Below, in pieces: positions 10,701-24,900 of a stretch of DNA of 64,000 nucleotides. The stretch spans positions 4,526,001 through 4,590,000 of the forward strand of contig OZ059894.1 in assembly GCA_964057225.1 (NCBI GenBank). Reading direction: 5' to 3'. The notes under the pieces were generated by a model. It made no database searches, was not told where the DNA came from, and worked only from the letters and a program-made list of their open reading frames with translations. The position numbers and the translations under genes are program-made. Position 1 is the first letter of the stretch, and each line of letters starts with the position of its first letter. This DNA is from Auanema rhodensis. Lineage: Eukaryota > Animalia > Nematoda.

Positions 10701-12636
10701 TTTTTGTTAAATTATTTCGAAATTTTTCGAAAAAAGTTTTGTCAAAATGTTTTTGGAAGCAATGTTGAGTGTACATGGAAACTCAACATACACTAATGCA
10801 TCATTTTTCAAACGATCATAACTAATTTTTGTATCAAGCGTTTCTTAATGTAGTATAGTGCATTCGATCCGGATTTTTAAGCTGCGTCGATCTGTGTTAT
10901 CAGATTTGCGGTAGCTTAAAAATGCACCGAGATATCAACTGATATAAGTTCACACTTATATCCTCGATTTTCACCCTGAAGAATTAATTTTTTCGTTGAA
11001 TAACATTGTCCATCGTCTTTGCCTTGAAAAATGGAATCTAAAAACATCTACTTTTTGCTAAATTATTTTGAAATTTTTCGAAAAAATTTTTGTCAAAATG
11101 TTTTTGGAAGCAATGTTGAGTGTACATGGAAACTCAACATACACTAATGCATCATTTTTCAAACGATCATAACTAATTTTTGTATTAAGCGTTTCTCAAT
11201 GTAGTATAGTGCATTCGATGCGGATTTTTAAGCTGCGTCGATCTGTGTTATCAGATTTGCGCTAGCTTAAAAATGCACCGAGATATCAACTGATATAAGT
11301 TCACACTTATATCCTCGATTTTCACCCTGAAGAATTAATTTTTTCGTTGAATAACATTGTCCATCGTCTTTGCCTTGAAAAATGGAATCTAAAAACATCT
11401 ACTTTTTGCTAAATTATTTTGAAATTTTTCGAAAAAATTTTTGTCAAAATGTTTTTGGAAGCAATGTTGAGTGTACATGGAAACTCAACATACACTAATG
11501 CATCATTTTTCAAACGATCATAACTAATTTTTGTATCAAGCGTTTCTTAATGTAGTATAGTGCATTCGATTCGGATTTTTAAGCTGCGTCGATCTGTGTT
11601 ATCAGATTTGCGCTAGCTTAAAAATGCACCGAGATATCAACTGATATAAGTTCACACTTATATCCTCGATTTTCACCCTGAAGAATTAATTTTTTCGTTG
11701 AATAACATTGTCCATCGTCTTTGCCTTGAAAAATGGAATCTAAAAACATCTACTTTTTGCTAAATTATTTTGAAATTTTTCGAAAAAATTTTTGTCAAAA
11801 TGTTTTTGGAAGCAATGTTGAGTGTACATGGAAACTCAACATACACTAATGCATCATTTTTCAAACGATCATAACTAATTTTTGTATTAAGCGTTCTTCA
11901 ATGTAGTATAGTGCATTCGATGCGGATTTTTAAGCTGCGTCGATCTGTGTTATCAGATTTGCGCTAGCTTAAAAATGCACCGAGATATCAACTGATATAA
12001 GTTCACACTTATATCCTCGATTTTCACCCTGAACAATTAATTTTTTCGTTGAATAACATTGTCCATCGTCTTTGCCTTGAAAAATGGAATCTAAAAACAT
12101 CTACTTTTTGCTAAATTATTTTGAAATTTTTCGAAAAAATTTTTGTCAAAATGTTTTTGGAAGCAATGTTGAGTGTACATGGAAACTCAACATACACTAA
12201 TGCATCATTTTTCAAACGATCATAACTAATTTTTGTATTAAGCGTTTCTCAATGTAGTATAGTGCATTCGATGCGGATTTTTAAGCTGCGTCGATCTGTG
12301 TTATCAGATTTGCGCTAGCTTAAAAATGCACCGAGATAGCAACTGATATAAGTTCACACTTATATCCTCGATTTTCACCCTGAAGAATTAATTTTTTCGT
12401 TGAATAACATTGTCCATCGTCTTTGCCTTGAAAAATGGAATCTAAAAACATCTACTTTTTGCTAAATTATTTTGAAATTTTTCGAAAACATTTTTGTCAA
12501 AATGTTTTTGGAAGCAATGTTGAGTGTACATGGAAACTCAACATACACTAATGCATCATTTTTCAAACGATCATAACTAATTTTTGTATTAAGCGTTCTT
12601 CAATGTAGTATAGTGCATTCGATGCGGATTTTCAAG

Positions 12637-12982
12637 CTGCGTCGATCTGTGTTATCAGATTTGCGCTAGCTTAAAAATGCACCGAGATATCAACTGATAT
12701 AAGTTCACACTTATATCCTCGATTTTCACCCTGAAGATTTTTTCGTTGAATAACATTGTCCATCGTCTTTGCCTTGAAAAAACGAATTTAAAAACATCTA
12801 CTTTTTGCTAAATTATTTTGAAATTTTTCGAAAAAATTTTTGTCAAAATGTTTTTGGAAGCAATGTTGAGTGTACATGGAAACTCAACATACACTAATGC
12901 ATCATTTTTCAAACGATCATAACTAATTTTTGTATTAAGCGTTTCTCAATGTAGTATAGTGCATTCGATGCGGATTTTTAAG
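12637..12982. repeat. Short monomer (346 bp) with a 5-bp deletion
   Basis: ctgaagattttttcg at ~12731-12745 versus consensus ctgaagaattaattttttcg. The array register shifts by -5 afterwards. Confidence 0.95.
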
Positions 12983-15900
12983 CTGCGTCGATCTGTGTTA
13001 TCAGATTTGCGCTAGCTTAAAAATGCACCGAGATATCAACTGATATAAGTTCACACTTATATCCTCGATTTTCACCCTGAAGAATTAATTTTTTCGTTGA
13101 ATAACATTGTCCATCGTCTTTGCCTTGAAAAAAGGAATCTAAAAACATCTACTTTTTGCTAAATTATTTCGAAATTTTTCGAAAAAATTTTTGTCAAAAT
13201 GTTTTTGGAAGCAATGTTGAGTGTACATGGAAACTCAACATACACTAATGCATCATTTTTCAAACGATCATAACTAATTTTTGTATCAAGCGTTTCTTAA
13301 TGTAGTATAGTGCATTCGATCCGGATTTTTAAGCTGCGTCGATCTGTGTTATCAGATTTGCGCTAGCTTAAAAATGCACCGAGATATCAACTGATATAAG
13401 TTCACACTTATATCCTCGATTTTCACCCTGAAGAATTAATTTTTTCGTTGAATAACATTGTCCATCGTCTTTGCCTTGAAAAATGGAATCTAAAAACATC
13501 TACTTTCTGCTAAATTATTTTGAAATTTTTCGAAAAAATTTTTGTCAAAATGTTTTTGGAAGCAATGTTGAGTGTACATGGAAACTCAACATACACTAAT
13601 GCATCATTTTTCAAACGATCATAACTAATTTTTGTATCAAGCGTTTTTTAATGTAGTATAGTGCATTCGATCCGGATTTTTAAGCTGCGTCGATCTGTGT
13701 TATCAGATTTGCGCTAGCTTAAAAATGCACTGAGATATCAACTGATATAAGTTCACACTTATATCCTCGATTTTCACCCTGAAGAATTAATTTTTTCGTT
13801 GAATAACATTGTCCATCGTCTTTGCCTTGAAAAAAGGAATCTAAAAACATCTACTTTTTGCTAAATTATTTTGAAATTTTTCGAAAAAATTTTTGTCAAA
13901 ATGTTTTTGGAAGCAATGTTGAGTGTACATGGAAACTCAACATACACTAATGCATCATTTTTCAAACGATCATAACTAATTTTTGTATTAAGCGTTCTTC
14001 AATGTAGTATAGTGCATTCGATGCGGATTTTTAAGCTGCGTCGATCTGTGTTATCAGATTTGCGCTAGCTTAAAAATGCACCGAGATATCAACTGATATA
14101 AGTTCACACTTATATCCTCGATTTTCACCCTGAAGAATTAATTTTTTCGTTGAATAACATTGTCCATCGTCTTTGCCTTGAAAAATGGAATCTAAAAACA
14201 TCTACTTTTTGCTAAATTATTTTGAAATTTTTCGAAAAAATTTTTGTCAAAATGTTTTTGGAAGCAATGTTGAGTGTACATGGAAACTCAACATACACTA
14301 ATGCATCATTTTTCAAACGATCATAACTAATTTTTGTATTAAGCGTTTCTCAATGTAGTATAGTGCATTCGATGCGGATTTTTAAGCTGCGTCGATCTGT
14401 GTTATCAGATTTGCGCTAGCTTAAAAATGCACCGAGATATCAACTGATATAAGTTCACACTTATATCCTCGATTTTCACCCTGAAGAATTAATTTTTTCG
14501 TTGAATAACATTGTCCATCGTCTTTGCCTTGAAAAATGGAATCTAAAAACATCTACTTTTTGCTAAATTATTTTGAAATTTTTCGAAAAAATTTTTGTCA
14601 AAATGTTTTTGGAAGCAATGTTGAGTGTACATGGAAACTCAACATACACTAATGCATCATTTTTCAAACGATCATAACTAATTTTTGTATTAAGCGTTCT
14701 TCAATGTAGTATAGTGCATTCGATGCGGATTTTTAAGCTGCGTCGATCTGTGTTATCAGATTTGCGCTAGCTTAAAAATGCACCGAGATATCAACTGATA
14801 TAAGTTCACACTTATATCCTCGATTTTCACCCTGAAGAATTAATTTTTTCGTTGAATAACATTGTCCATCGTCTTTGCCTTGAAAAAAGGAATCTAAAAA
14901 CATCTACTTTTTGCTAAATTATTTTGAAATTTTTCGAAAAAATTTTTGTCAAAATGTTTTTGGAAGCAATGTTGAGTGTACATGGAAACTCAACATACAC
15001 TAATGCATCATTTTTCAAACGATCATAACTAATTTTTGTATCAAGCGTTTCTTAATGTAGTATAGTGCATTCGATCCGGATTTTTAAGCTGCGTCGATCT
15101 GTGTTATCAGATTTGCGCTAGCTTAAAAATGCACCGAGATATCAACTGATATAAGTTCACACTTATATCCTCGATTTTCACCCTGAAGAATTAATTTTTT
15201 CGTTGAATAACATTGTCCATCGTCTTTGCCTTGAAAAAAGGAATCTAAAAACATCTACTTTTTGCTAAATTATTTTGAAATTTTTCGAAAAAATTTTTGT
15301 CAAAATGTTTTTGGAAGCAATGTTGAGTGTACATGGAAACTCAACATACACTAATGCATCATTTTTCAAACGATCATAACTAATTTTTGTATTAAGCGTT
15401 CTTCAATGTAGTATAGTGCATTCGAAGCGGATTTTTAAGCTGCGTCGATCTGTGTTATCAGATTTGCGCTAGCTTAAAAATGCACCGAGATATCAACTGA
15501 TATAAGTTCACACTTATATCCTCGATTTTCACCCTGAAGAATTAATTTTTTCGTTGAATAACATTGTCCATCGTCTTTGCCTTGAAAAAAGGAATTTAAA
15601 AACATCTACTTTTTGCTAAATTATTTTGAAATTTTTCGAAAAAATTTTTGTCAAAATGTTTTTGGAAGCAATGTTGAGTGTACATGGAAACTCAACATAC
15701 ACTAATGCATCATTTTTCAAACGATCATAACTAATTTTTGTATCAAGCGTTTCTTAATGTAGTATAGTGCATTCGATCCGGATTTTTAAGCTGCGTCGAT
15801 CTGTGTTATCAGATTTGCGCTAGCTTAAAAATGCACCGAGATATCAACTGATATAAGTTCACACTTATATCCTCGATTTTCACCCTGAAGAATTAATTTT

Positions 15901-18900
15901 TTCGTTGAATAACATTGTCCATCGTCTTTGCCTTGAAAAATGGAATCTAAAAACATCTACTTTTTGCTAAATTATTTTGAAATTTTTCGAAAAAATTTTT
16001 GTCAAAATGTTTTTGGAAGCAATGTTGAGTGTACATGGAAACTCAACATACACTAATGCATCATTTTTCAAACGATCATAACTAATTTTTGTATTAAGCG
16101 TTCTTCAATGTAGTATAGTGCATTCGATGCGGATTTTTAAGCTGCGTCGATCTGTGTTATCAGATTTGCGCTAGCTTAAAAATGCACCGAGATATCAACT
16201 GATATAAGTTCACACTTATATCCTCGATTTTCACCCTGAAGAATTAATTTTTTCGTTGAATAACATTGTCCATCGTCTTTGCCTTGAAAAAAGGAATTTA
16301 AAAACATCTACTTTTTGCTAAATTATTTTGAAATTTTTCGAAAAAATTTTTGTCAAAATGTTTTTGGAAGCAATGTTGAGTGTACATGGAAACTCAACAT
16401 ACACTAATGCATCATTTTTCAAACGATCATAACTAATTTTTGTATCAAGCGTTTCTTAATGTAGTATAGTGCATTCGATCCGGATTTTTAAGCTGCGTCG
16501 ATCTGTGTTATCAGATTTGCGCTAGCTTAAAAATGCACCGAGATATCAACTGATATAAGTTCACACTTATATCCTCGATTTTCACCCTGAAGAATTAATT
16601 TTTTCGTTGAATAACATTGTCCATCGTCTTTGCCTTGAAAAAAGGAATTTAAAAACATCTACTTTTTGCTAAATTATTTTGAAATTTTTCGAAAAAATTT
16701 TTGTCAAAATGTTTTTGGAAGCAATGTTGAGTGTACATGGAAACTCAACATACACTAATGCATCATTTTTCAAACGATCATAACTAATTTTTGTATCAAG
16801 CGTTTCTTAATGTAGTATAGTGCATTCGATCCGGATTTTTAAGCTGCGTCGATCTGTGTTATCAGATTTGCGCTAGCTTAAAAATGCACCGAGATATCAA
16901 CTGATATAAGTTCACACTTATATCCTCGATTTTCACCCTGAAGAATTAATTTTTTCGTTGAATAACATTGTCCATCGTCTTTGCCTTGAAAAATGGAATC
17001 TAAAAACATCTACTTTTTGCTAAATTATTTTGAAATTTTTCGAAAAAATTTTTGTCAAAATGTTTTTGGAAGCAATGTTGAGTGTACATGGAAACTCAAC
17101 ATACACTAATGCATCATTTTTCAAACGATCATAACTAATTTTTGTATTAAGCGTTCTTCAATGTAGTATAGTGCATTCGATGCGGATTTTTAAGCTGCGT
17201 CGATCTGTGTTATCAGATTTGCGCTAGCTTAAAAATGCACCGAGATATCAACTGATATAAGTTCACACTTATATCCTCGATTTTCACCCTGAAGAATTAA
17301 TTTTTTCGTTGAATAACATTGTCCATCGTCTTTGCCTTGAAAAAAGGAATTTAAAAACATCTACTTTTTGCTAAATTATTTTGAAATTTTTCGAAAAAAT
17401 TTTTGTCAAAATGTTTTTGGAAGCAATGTTGAGTGTACATGGAAACTCAACATACACTAATGCATCATTTTTCAAACGATCATAACTAATTTTTGTATCA
17501 AGCGTTTCTTAATGTAGTATAGTGCATTCGATCCGGATTTTTAAGCTGCGTCGATCTGTGTTATCAGATTTGCGCTAGCTTAAAAATGCACCGAGATATC
17601 AACTGATATAAGTTCACACTTATATCCTCGATTTTCACCCTGAAGAATTAATTTTTTCGTTGAATAACATTGTCCATCGTCTTTGCCTTGAAAAAAGGAA
17701 TTTAAAAACATCTACTTTTTGCTAAATTATTTTGAAATTTTTCGAAAAAATTTTTGTCAAAATGTTTTTGGAAGCAATGTTGAGTGTACATGGAAACTCA
17801 ACATACACTAATGCATCATTTTTCAAACGATCATAACTAATTTTTGTATCAAGCGTTTCTTAATGTAGTATAGTGCATTCGATCCGGATTTTTAAGCTGC
17901 GTCGATCTGTGTTATCAGATTTGCGCTAGCTTAAAAATGCACCGAGATATCAACTGATATAAGTTCACACTTATATCCTCGATTTTCACCCTGAAGAATT
18001 AATTTTTTCGTTGAATAACATTGTCCATCGTCTTTGCCTTGAAAAATGGAATCTAAAAACATCTACTTTTTGCTAAATTATTTTGAAATTTTTCGAAAAA
18101 ATTTTTGTCAAAATGTTTTTGGAAGCAATGTTGAGTGTACATGGAAACTCAACATACACTAATGCATCATTTTTCAAACGATCATAACTAATTTTTGTAT
18201 TAAGCGTTCTTCAATGTAGTATAGTGCATTCGATGCGGATTTTTAAGCTGCGTCGATCTGTGTTATCAGATTTGCGCTAGCTTAAAAATGCACCGAGATA
18301 TCAACTGATATAAGTTCACACTTATATCCTCGATTTTCACCCTGAAGAATTAATTTTTTCGTTGAATAACATTGTCCATCGTCTTTGCCTTGAAAAAAGG
18401 AATTTAAAAACATCTACTTTTTGCTAAATTATTTTGAAATTTTTCGAAAAAATTTTTGTCAAAATGTTTTTGGAAGCAATGTTGAGTGTACATGGAAACT
18501 CAACATACACTAATGCATCATTTTTCAAACGATCATAACTAATTTTTGTATCAAGCGTTTCTCAATGTAGTATAGTGCATTCGATCCGGATTTTTAAGCT
18601 GCGTCGATCTGTGTTATCAGATTTGCGCTAGCTTAAAAATGCACCGAGATATCAACTGATATAAGTTCACACTTATATCCTCGATTTTCACCCTGAAGAA
18701 TTAATTTTTTCGTTGAATAACATTGTCCATCGTCTTTGCCTTGAAAAATGGAATCTAAAAACATCTACTTTTTGCTAAATTATTTTGAAATTTTTCGAAA
18801 AAATTTTTGTCAAAATGTTTTTGGAAGCAATGTTGAGTGTACATGGAAACTCAACATACACTAATGCATCATTTTTCAAACGATCATAACTAATTTTTGT

Positions 18901-21900
18901 ATTAAGCGTTCTTCAATGTAGTATAGTGCATTCGATGCGGATTTTTAAGCTGCGTCGATCTGTGTTATCAGATTTGCGCTAGCTTAAAAATGCACCGAGA
19001 TATCAACTGATATAAGTTCACACTTATATCCTCGATTTTCACCATGAAGAATTAATTTTTTCGTTGAATAACATTGTCCATCGTCTTTGCCTTGAAAAAA
19101 GGAATTTAAAAACATCTACTTTTTGCTAAATTATTTTGAAATTTTTCGAAAAAATTTTTGTCAAAATGTTTTTGGAAGCAATGTTGAGTGTACATGGAAA
19201 CTCAACATACACTAATGCATCATTTTTCAAACGATCATAACTAATTTTTGTATCAAGCGTTTCTTAATGTAGTATAGTGCATTCGATCCGGATTTTTAAG
19301 CTGCGTCGATCTGTGTTATCAGATTTGCGCTAGCTTAAAAATGCACCGAGATATCAACTGATATAAGTTCACACTTATATCCTCGATTTTCACCCTGAAG
19401 AATTAATTTTTTCGTTGAATAACATTGTCCATCGTCTTTGCCTTGAAAAATGGAATCTAAAAACATCTACTTTTTGCTAAATTATTTTGAAATTTTTCGA
19501 AAAAATTTTTGTCAAAATGTTTTTGGAAGCAATGTTGAGTGTACATGGAAACTCAACATACACTAATGCATCATTTTTCAAACGATCATAACTAATTTTT
19601 GTATTAAGCGTTCTTCAATGTAGTATAGTGCATTCGATGCGGATTTTTAAGCTGCGTCGATCTGTGTTATCAGATTTGCGCTAGCTTAAAAATGCACCGA
19701 GATATCAACTGATATAAGTTCACACTTATATCCTCGATTTTCACCCTGAAGAATTAATTTTTTCGTTGAATAACATTGTCCATCGTCTTTGCCTTGAAAA
19801 AAGGAATTTAAAAACATCTACTTTTTGCTAAATTATTTTGAAATTTTTCGAAAAAATTTTTGTCAAAATGTTTTTGGAAGCAATGTTGAGTGTACATGGA
19901 AACTCAACATACACTAATGCATCATTTTTCAAACGATCATAACTAATTTTTGTATCAAGCGTTTCTCAATGTAGTATAGTGCATTCGATCCGGATTTTTA
20001 AGCTGCGTCGATCTGTGTTATCAGATTTGCGCTAGCTTAAAAATGCACCGAGATATCAACTGATATAAGTTCACACTTATATCCTCGATTTTCACCCTGA
20101 AGAATTAATTTTTTCGTTGAATAACATTGTCCATCGTCTTTGCCTTGAAAAATGGAATCTAAAAACATCTACTTTTTGCTAAATTATTTTGAAATTTTTC
20201 GAAAAAATTTTTGTCAAAATGTTTTTGGAAGCAATGTTGAGTGTACATGGAAACTCAACATACACTAATGCATCATTTTTCAAACGATCATAACTAATTT
20301 TTGTATCAAGCGTTTCTCAATGTAGTATAGTGCATTCGATCCGGATTTTTAAGCTGCGTCGATCTGTGTTATCAGATTTGCGCTAGCTTAAAAATGCACC
20401 GAGATATCAACTGATATAAGTTCACACTTATATCCTCGATTTTCACCCTGAAGAATTAATTTTTTCGTTGAATAACATTGTCCATCGTCTTTGCCTTGAA
20501 AAATGGAATCTAAAAACATCTACTTTTTGCTAAATTATTTTGAAATTTTTCGAAAAAATTTTTGTCAAAATGTTTTTGGAAGCAATGTTGAGTGTACATG
20601 GAAACTCAACATACACTAATGCATCATTTTTCAAACGATCATAACTAATTTTTGTATTAAGCGTTCTTCAATGTAGTATAGTGCATTCGATGCGGATTTT
20701 TAAGCTGCGTCGATCTGTGTTATCAGATTTGCGCTAGCTTAAAAATGCACCGAGATATCAACTGATATAAGTTCACACTTATATCCTCGATTTTCACCAT
20801 GAAGAATTAATTTTTTCGTTGAATAACATTGTCCATCGTCTTTGCCTTGAAAAAAGGAATTTAAAAACATCTACTTTTTGCTAAATTATTTTGAAATTTT
20901 TCGAAAAAATTTTTGTCAAAATGTTTTTGGAAGCAATGTTGAGTGTACATGGAAACTCAACATACACTAATGCATCATTTTTCAAACGATCATAACTAAT
21001 TTTTGTATCAAGCGTTTCTTAATGTAGTATAGTGCATTCGATCCGGATTTTTAAGCTGCGTCGATCTGTGTTATCAGATTTGCGCTAGCTTAAAAATGCA
21101 CCGAGATATCAACTGATATAAGTTCACACTTATATCCTCGATTTTCACCCTGAAGAATTAATTTTTTCGTTGAATAACATTGTCCATCGTCTTTGCCTTG
21201 AAAAAAGGAATTTAAAAACATCTACTTTTTGCTAAATTATTTTGAAATTTTTCGAAAAAATTTTTGTCAAAATGTTTTTGGAAGCAATGTTGAGTGTACA
21301 TGGAAACTCAACATACACTAATGCATCATTTTTCAAACGATCATAACTAATTTTTGTATCAAGCGTTTCTTAATGTAGTATAGTGCATTCGATCCGGATT
21401 TTTAAGCTGCGTCGATCTGTGTTATCAGATTTGCGCTAGCTTAAAAATGCACCGAGATATCAACTGATATAAGTTCACACTTATATCCTCGATTTTCACC
21501 CTGAAGAATTAATTTTTTCGTTGAATAACATTGTCCATCGTCTTTGCCTTGAAAAATGGAATCTAAAAACATCTACTTTTTGCTAAATTATTTTGAAATT
21601 TTTCGAAAAAATTTTTGTCAAAATGTTTTTGGAAGCAATGTTGAGTGTACATGGAAACTCAACATACACTAATGCATCATTTTTCAAACGATCATAACTA
21701 ATTTTTGTATTAAGCGTTCTTCAATGTAGTATAGTGCATTCGATGCGGATTTTTAAGCTGCGTCGATCTGTGTTATCAGATTTGCGCTAGCTTAAAAATG
21801 CACCGAGATATCAACTGATATAAGTTCACACTTATATCCTCGATTTTCACCCTGAAGAATTAATTTTTTCGTTGAATAACATTGTCCATCGTCTTTGCCT

Positions 21901-24900
21901 TGAAAAAAGGAATTTAAAAACATCTACTTTTTGCTAAATTATTTTGAAATTTTTCGAAAAAATTTTTGTCAAAATGTTTTTGGAAGCAATGTTGAGTGTA
22001 CATGGAAACTCAACATACACTAATGCATCATTTTTCAAACGATCATAACTAATTTTTGTATCAAGCGTTTCTTAATGTAGTATAGTGCATTCGATCCGGA
22101 TTTTTAAGCTGCGTCGATCTGTGTTATCAGATTTGCGCTAGCTTAAAAATGCACCGAGATATCAACTGATATAAGTTCACACTTATATCCTCGATTTTCA
22201 CCCTGAAGAATTAATTTTTTCGTTGAATAACATTGTCCATCGTCTTTGCCTTGAAAAATGGAATCTAAAAACATCTACTTTTTGCTAAATTATTTTGAAA
22301 TTTTTCGAAAAAATTTTTGTCAAAATGTTTTTGGAAGCAATGTTGAGTGTACATGGAAACTCAACATACACTAATGCATCATTTTTCAAACGATCATAAC
22401 TAATTTTTGTATCAAGCGTTTTTTAATGTAGTATAGTGCATTCGATCCGGATTTTTAAGCTGCGTCGATCTGTGTTATCAGATTTGCGCTAGCTTAAAAA
22501 TGCACCGAGATATCAACTGATATAAGTTCACACTTATATCCTCGATTTTCACCCTGAAGAATTAATTTTTTCGTTGAATAACATTGTCCATCGTCTTTGC
22601 CTTGAAAAAAGGAATCTAAAAACATCTACTTTTTGCTAAATTATTTTGAAATTTTTCGAAAAAATTTTTGTCAAAATGTTTTTGGAAGCAATGTTGAGTG
22701 TACATGGAAACTCAACATACACTAATGCATCATTTTTCAAACGATCATAACTAATTTTTGTTTTAAGCGTTTTTCAATGTAGTATAGTGCATTCGATGCG
22801 GATTTTTAAGCTGCGTCGATCTGTGTTATCAGATTTGCGCTAGCTTAAAAATGCACCGAGATATCAACTGATATAAGTTCACACTTATATCCTCGATTTT
22901 CACCCTGAAGAATTAATTTTTTCGTTGAATAACATTGTCCATCGTCTTTGCCTTGAAAAATGGAATCTAAAAACATCTACTTTTTGCTAAATTATTTTGA
23001 AATTTTTCGAAAAAATTTTTGTCAAAATGTTTTTGGAAGCAATGTTGAGTGTACATGGAAACTCAACATACACTAATGCATCATTTTTCAAACGATCATA
23101 ACTAATTTTTGTATTAAGCGTTCTTCAATGTAGTATAGTGCATTCGATGCGGATTTTTAAGCTGCGTCGATCTGTGTTATCAGATTTGCGCTAGCTTAAA
23201 AATGCACCGAGATATCAACTGATATAAGTTCACACTTATATCCTCGATTTTCACCCTGGAGAATTAATTTTTTCGTTGAATAACATTGTCCATCGTCTTT
23301 GCCTTGAAAAAAGGAATCTAAAAACATCTACTTTTTGCTAAATTATTTTGAAATTTTTCGAAAAAATTTTTGTCAAAATGTTTTTGGAAGCAATGTTGAG
23401 TGTACATGGAAACTCAACATACACTAATGCATCATTTTTCAAACGATCATAACTAATTTTTGTATCAAGCGTTTCTTAATGTAGTATAGTGCATTCGATC
23501 CGGATTTTTAAGCTGCGTCGATCTGTGTTATCAGATTTGCGCTAGCTTAAAAATGCACCGAGATATCAACTGATATAAGTTCACACTTATATCCTCGATT
23601 TTCACCCTGAAGAATTAATTTTTTCGTTGAATAACATTGTCCATCGTCTTTGCCTTGAAAAAAGGAATCTAAAAACATCTACTTTTTGCTAAATTATTTT
23701 GAAATTTTTCAAAAAAATTTTTGTCAAAATGTTTTTGGAAGCAATGTTGAGTGTACATGGAAACTCAACATACACTAATGCATCATTTTTCAAACGATCA
23801 TAACTAATTTTTGTATCAAGCGTTTCTTAATGTAGTATAGTGCATTCGATCCGGATTTTTAAGCTGCGTCGATCTGTGTTATCAGATTTGCGCTAGCTTA
23901 AAAATGCACCGAGATATCAACTGATATAAGTTCACACTTATATCCTCGATTTTCACCCTGAAGAATTAATTTTTTCGTTGAATAACATTGTCCATCGTCT
24001 TTGCCTTGAAAAATGGAATCTAAAAACATCTACTTTTTGCTAAATTATTTTGAAATTTTTCGAAAAAATTTTTGTCAAAATGTTTTTGGAAGCAATGTTG
24101 AGTGTACATGGAAACTCAACATACACTAATGCATCATTTTTCAAACGATCATAACTAATTTTTGTATCAAGCGTTTTTTAATGTAGTATAGTGCATTCGA
24201 TCCGGATTTTTAAGCTGCGTCGATCTGTGTTATCAGATTTGCGCTAGCTTAAAAATGCACCGAGATATCAACTGATATAAGTTCACACTTATATCCTCGA
24301 TTTTCACCCTGAAGAATTAATTTTTTCGTTGAATAACATTGTCCATCGTCTTTGCCTTGAAAAAAGGAATCTAAAAACATCTACTTTTTGCTAAATTATT
24401 TTGAAATTTTTCGAAAAAATTTTTGTCAAAATGTTTTTGGAAGCAATGTTGAGTGTACATGGAAACTCAACATACACTAATGCATCATTTTTCAAACGAT
24501 CATAACTAATTTTTGTATTAAGCGTTTCTCAATGTAGTATAATGCATTCGATGCGGATTTTTAAGCTGCGTCAATCTGTGTTATCAGATTTGCGCTAGCT
24601 TAAAAATGCACCGAGATATCAACTGATATAAGTTCACACTTATATCCTCGATTTTCACCCTGAAGAATTAATTTTTTCGTTGAATAACATTGTCCATCGT
24701 CTTTGCCTTGAAAAATGGAATCTAAAAACATCTACTTTTTGCTAAATTATTTTGAAATTTTTCGAAAAAATTTTTGTCAAAATGTTTTTGGAAGCAATGT
24801 TGAGTGTACATGGAAACTCAACATACACTAATGCATCATTTTTCAAACGATCATAACTAATTTTTGTATTAAGCGTTCTTCAATGTAGTATAGTGCATTC

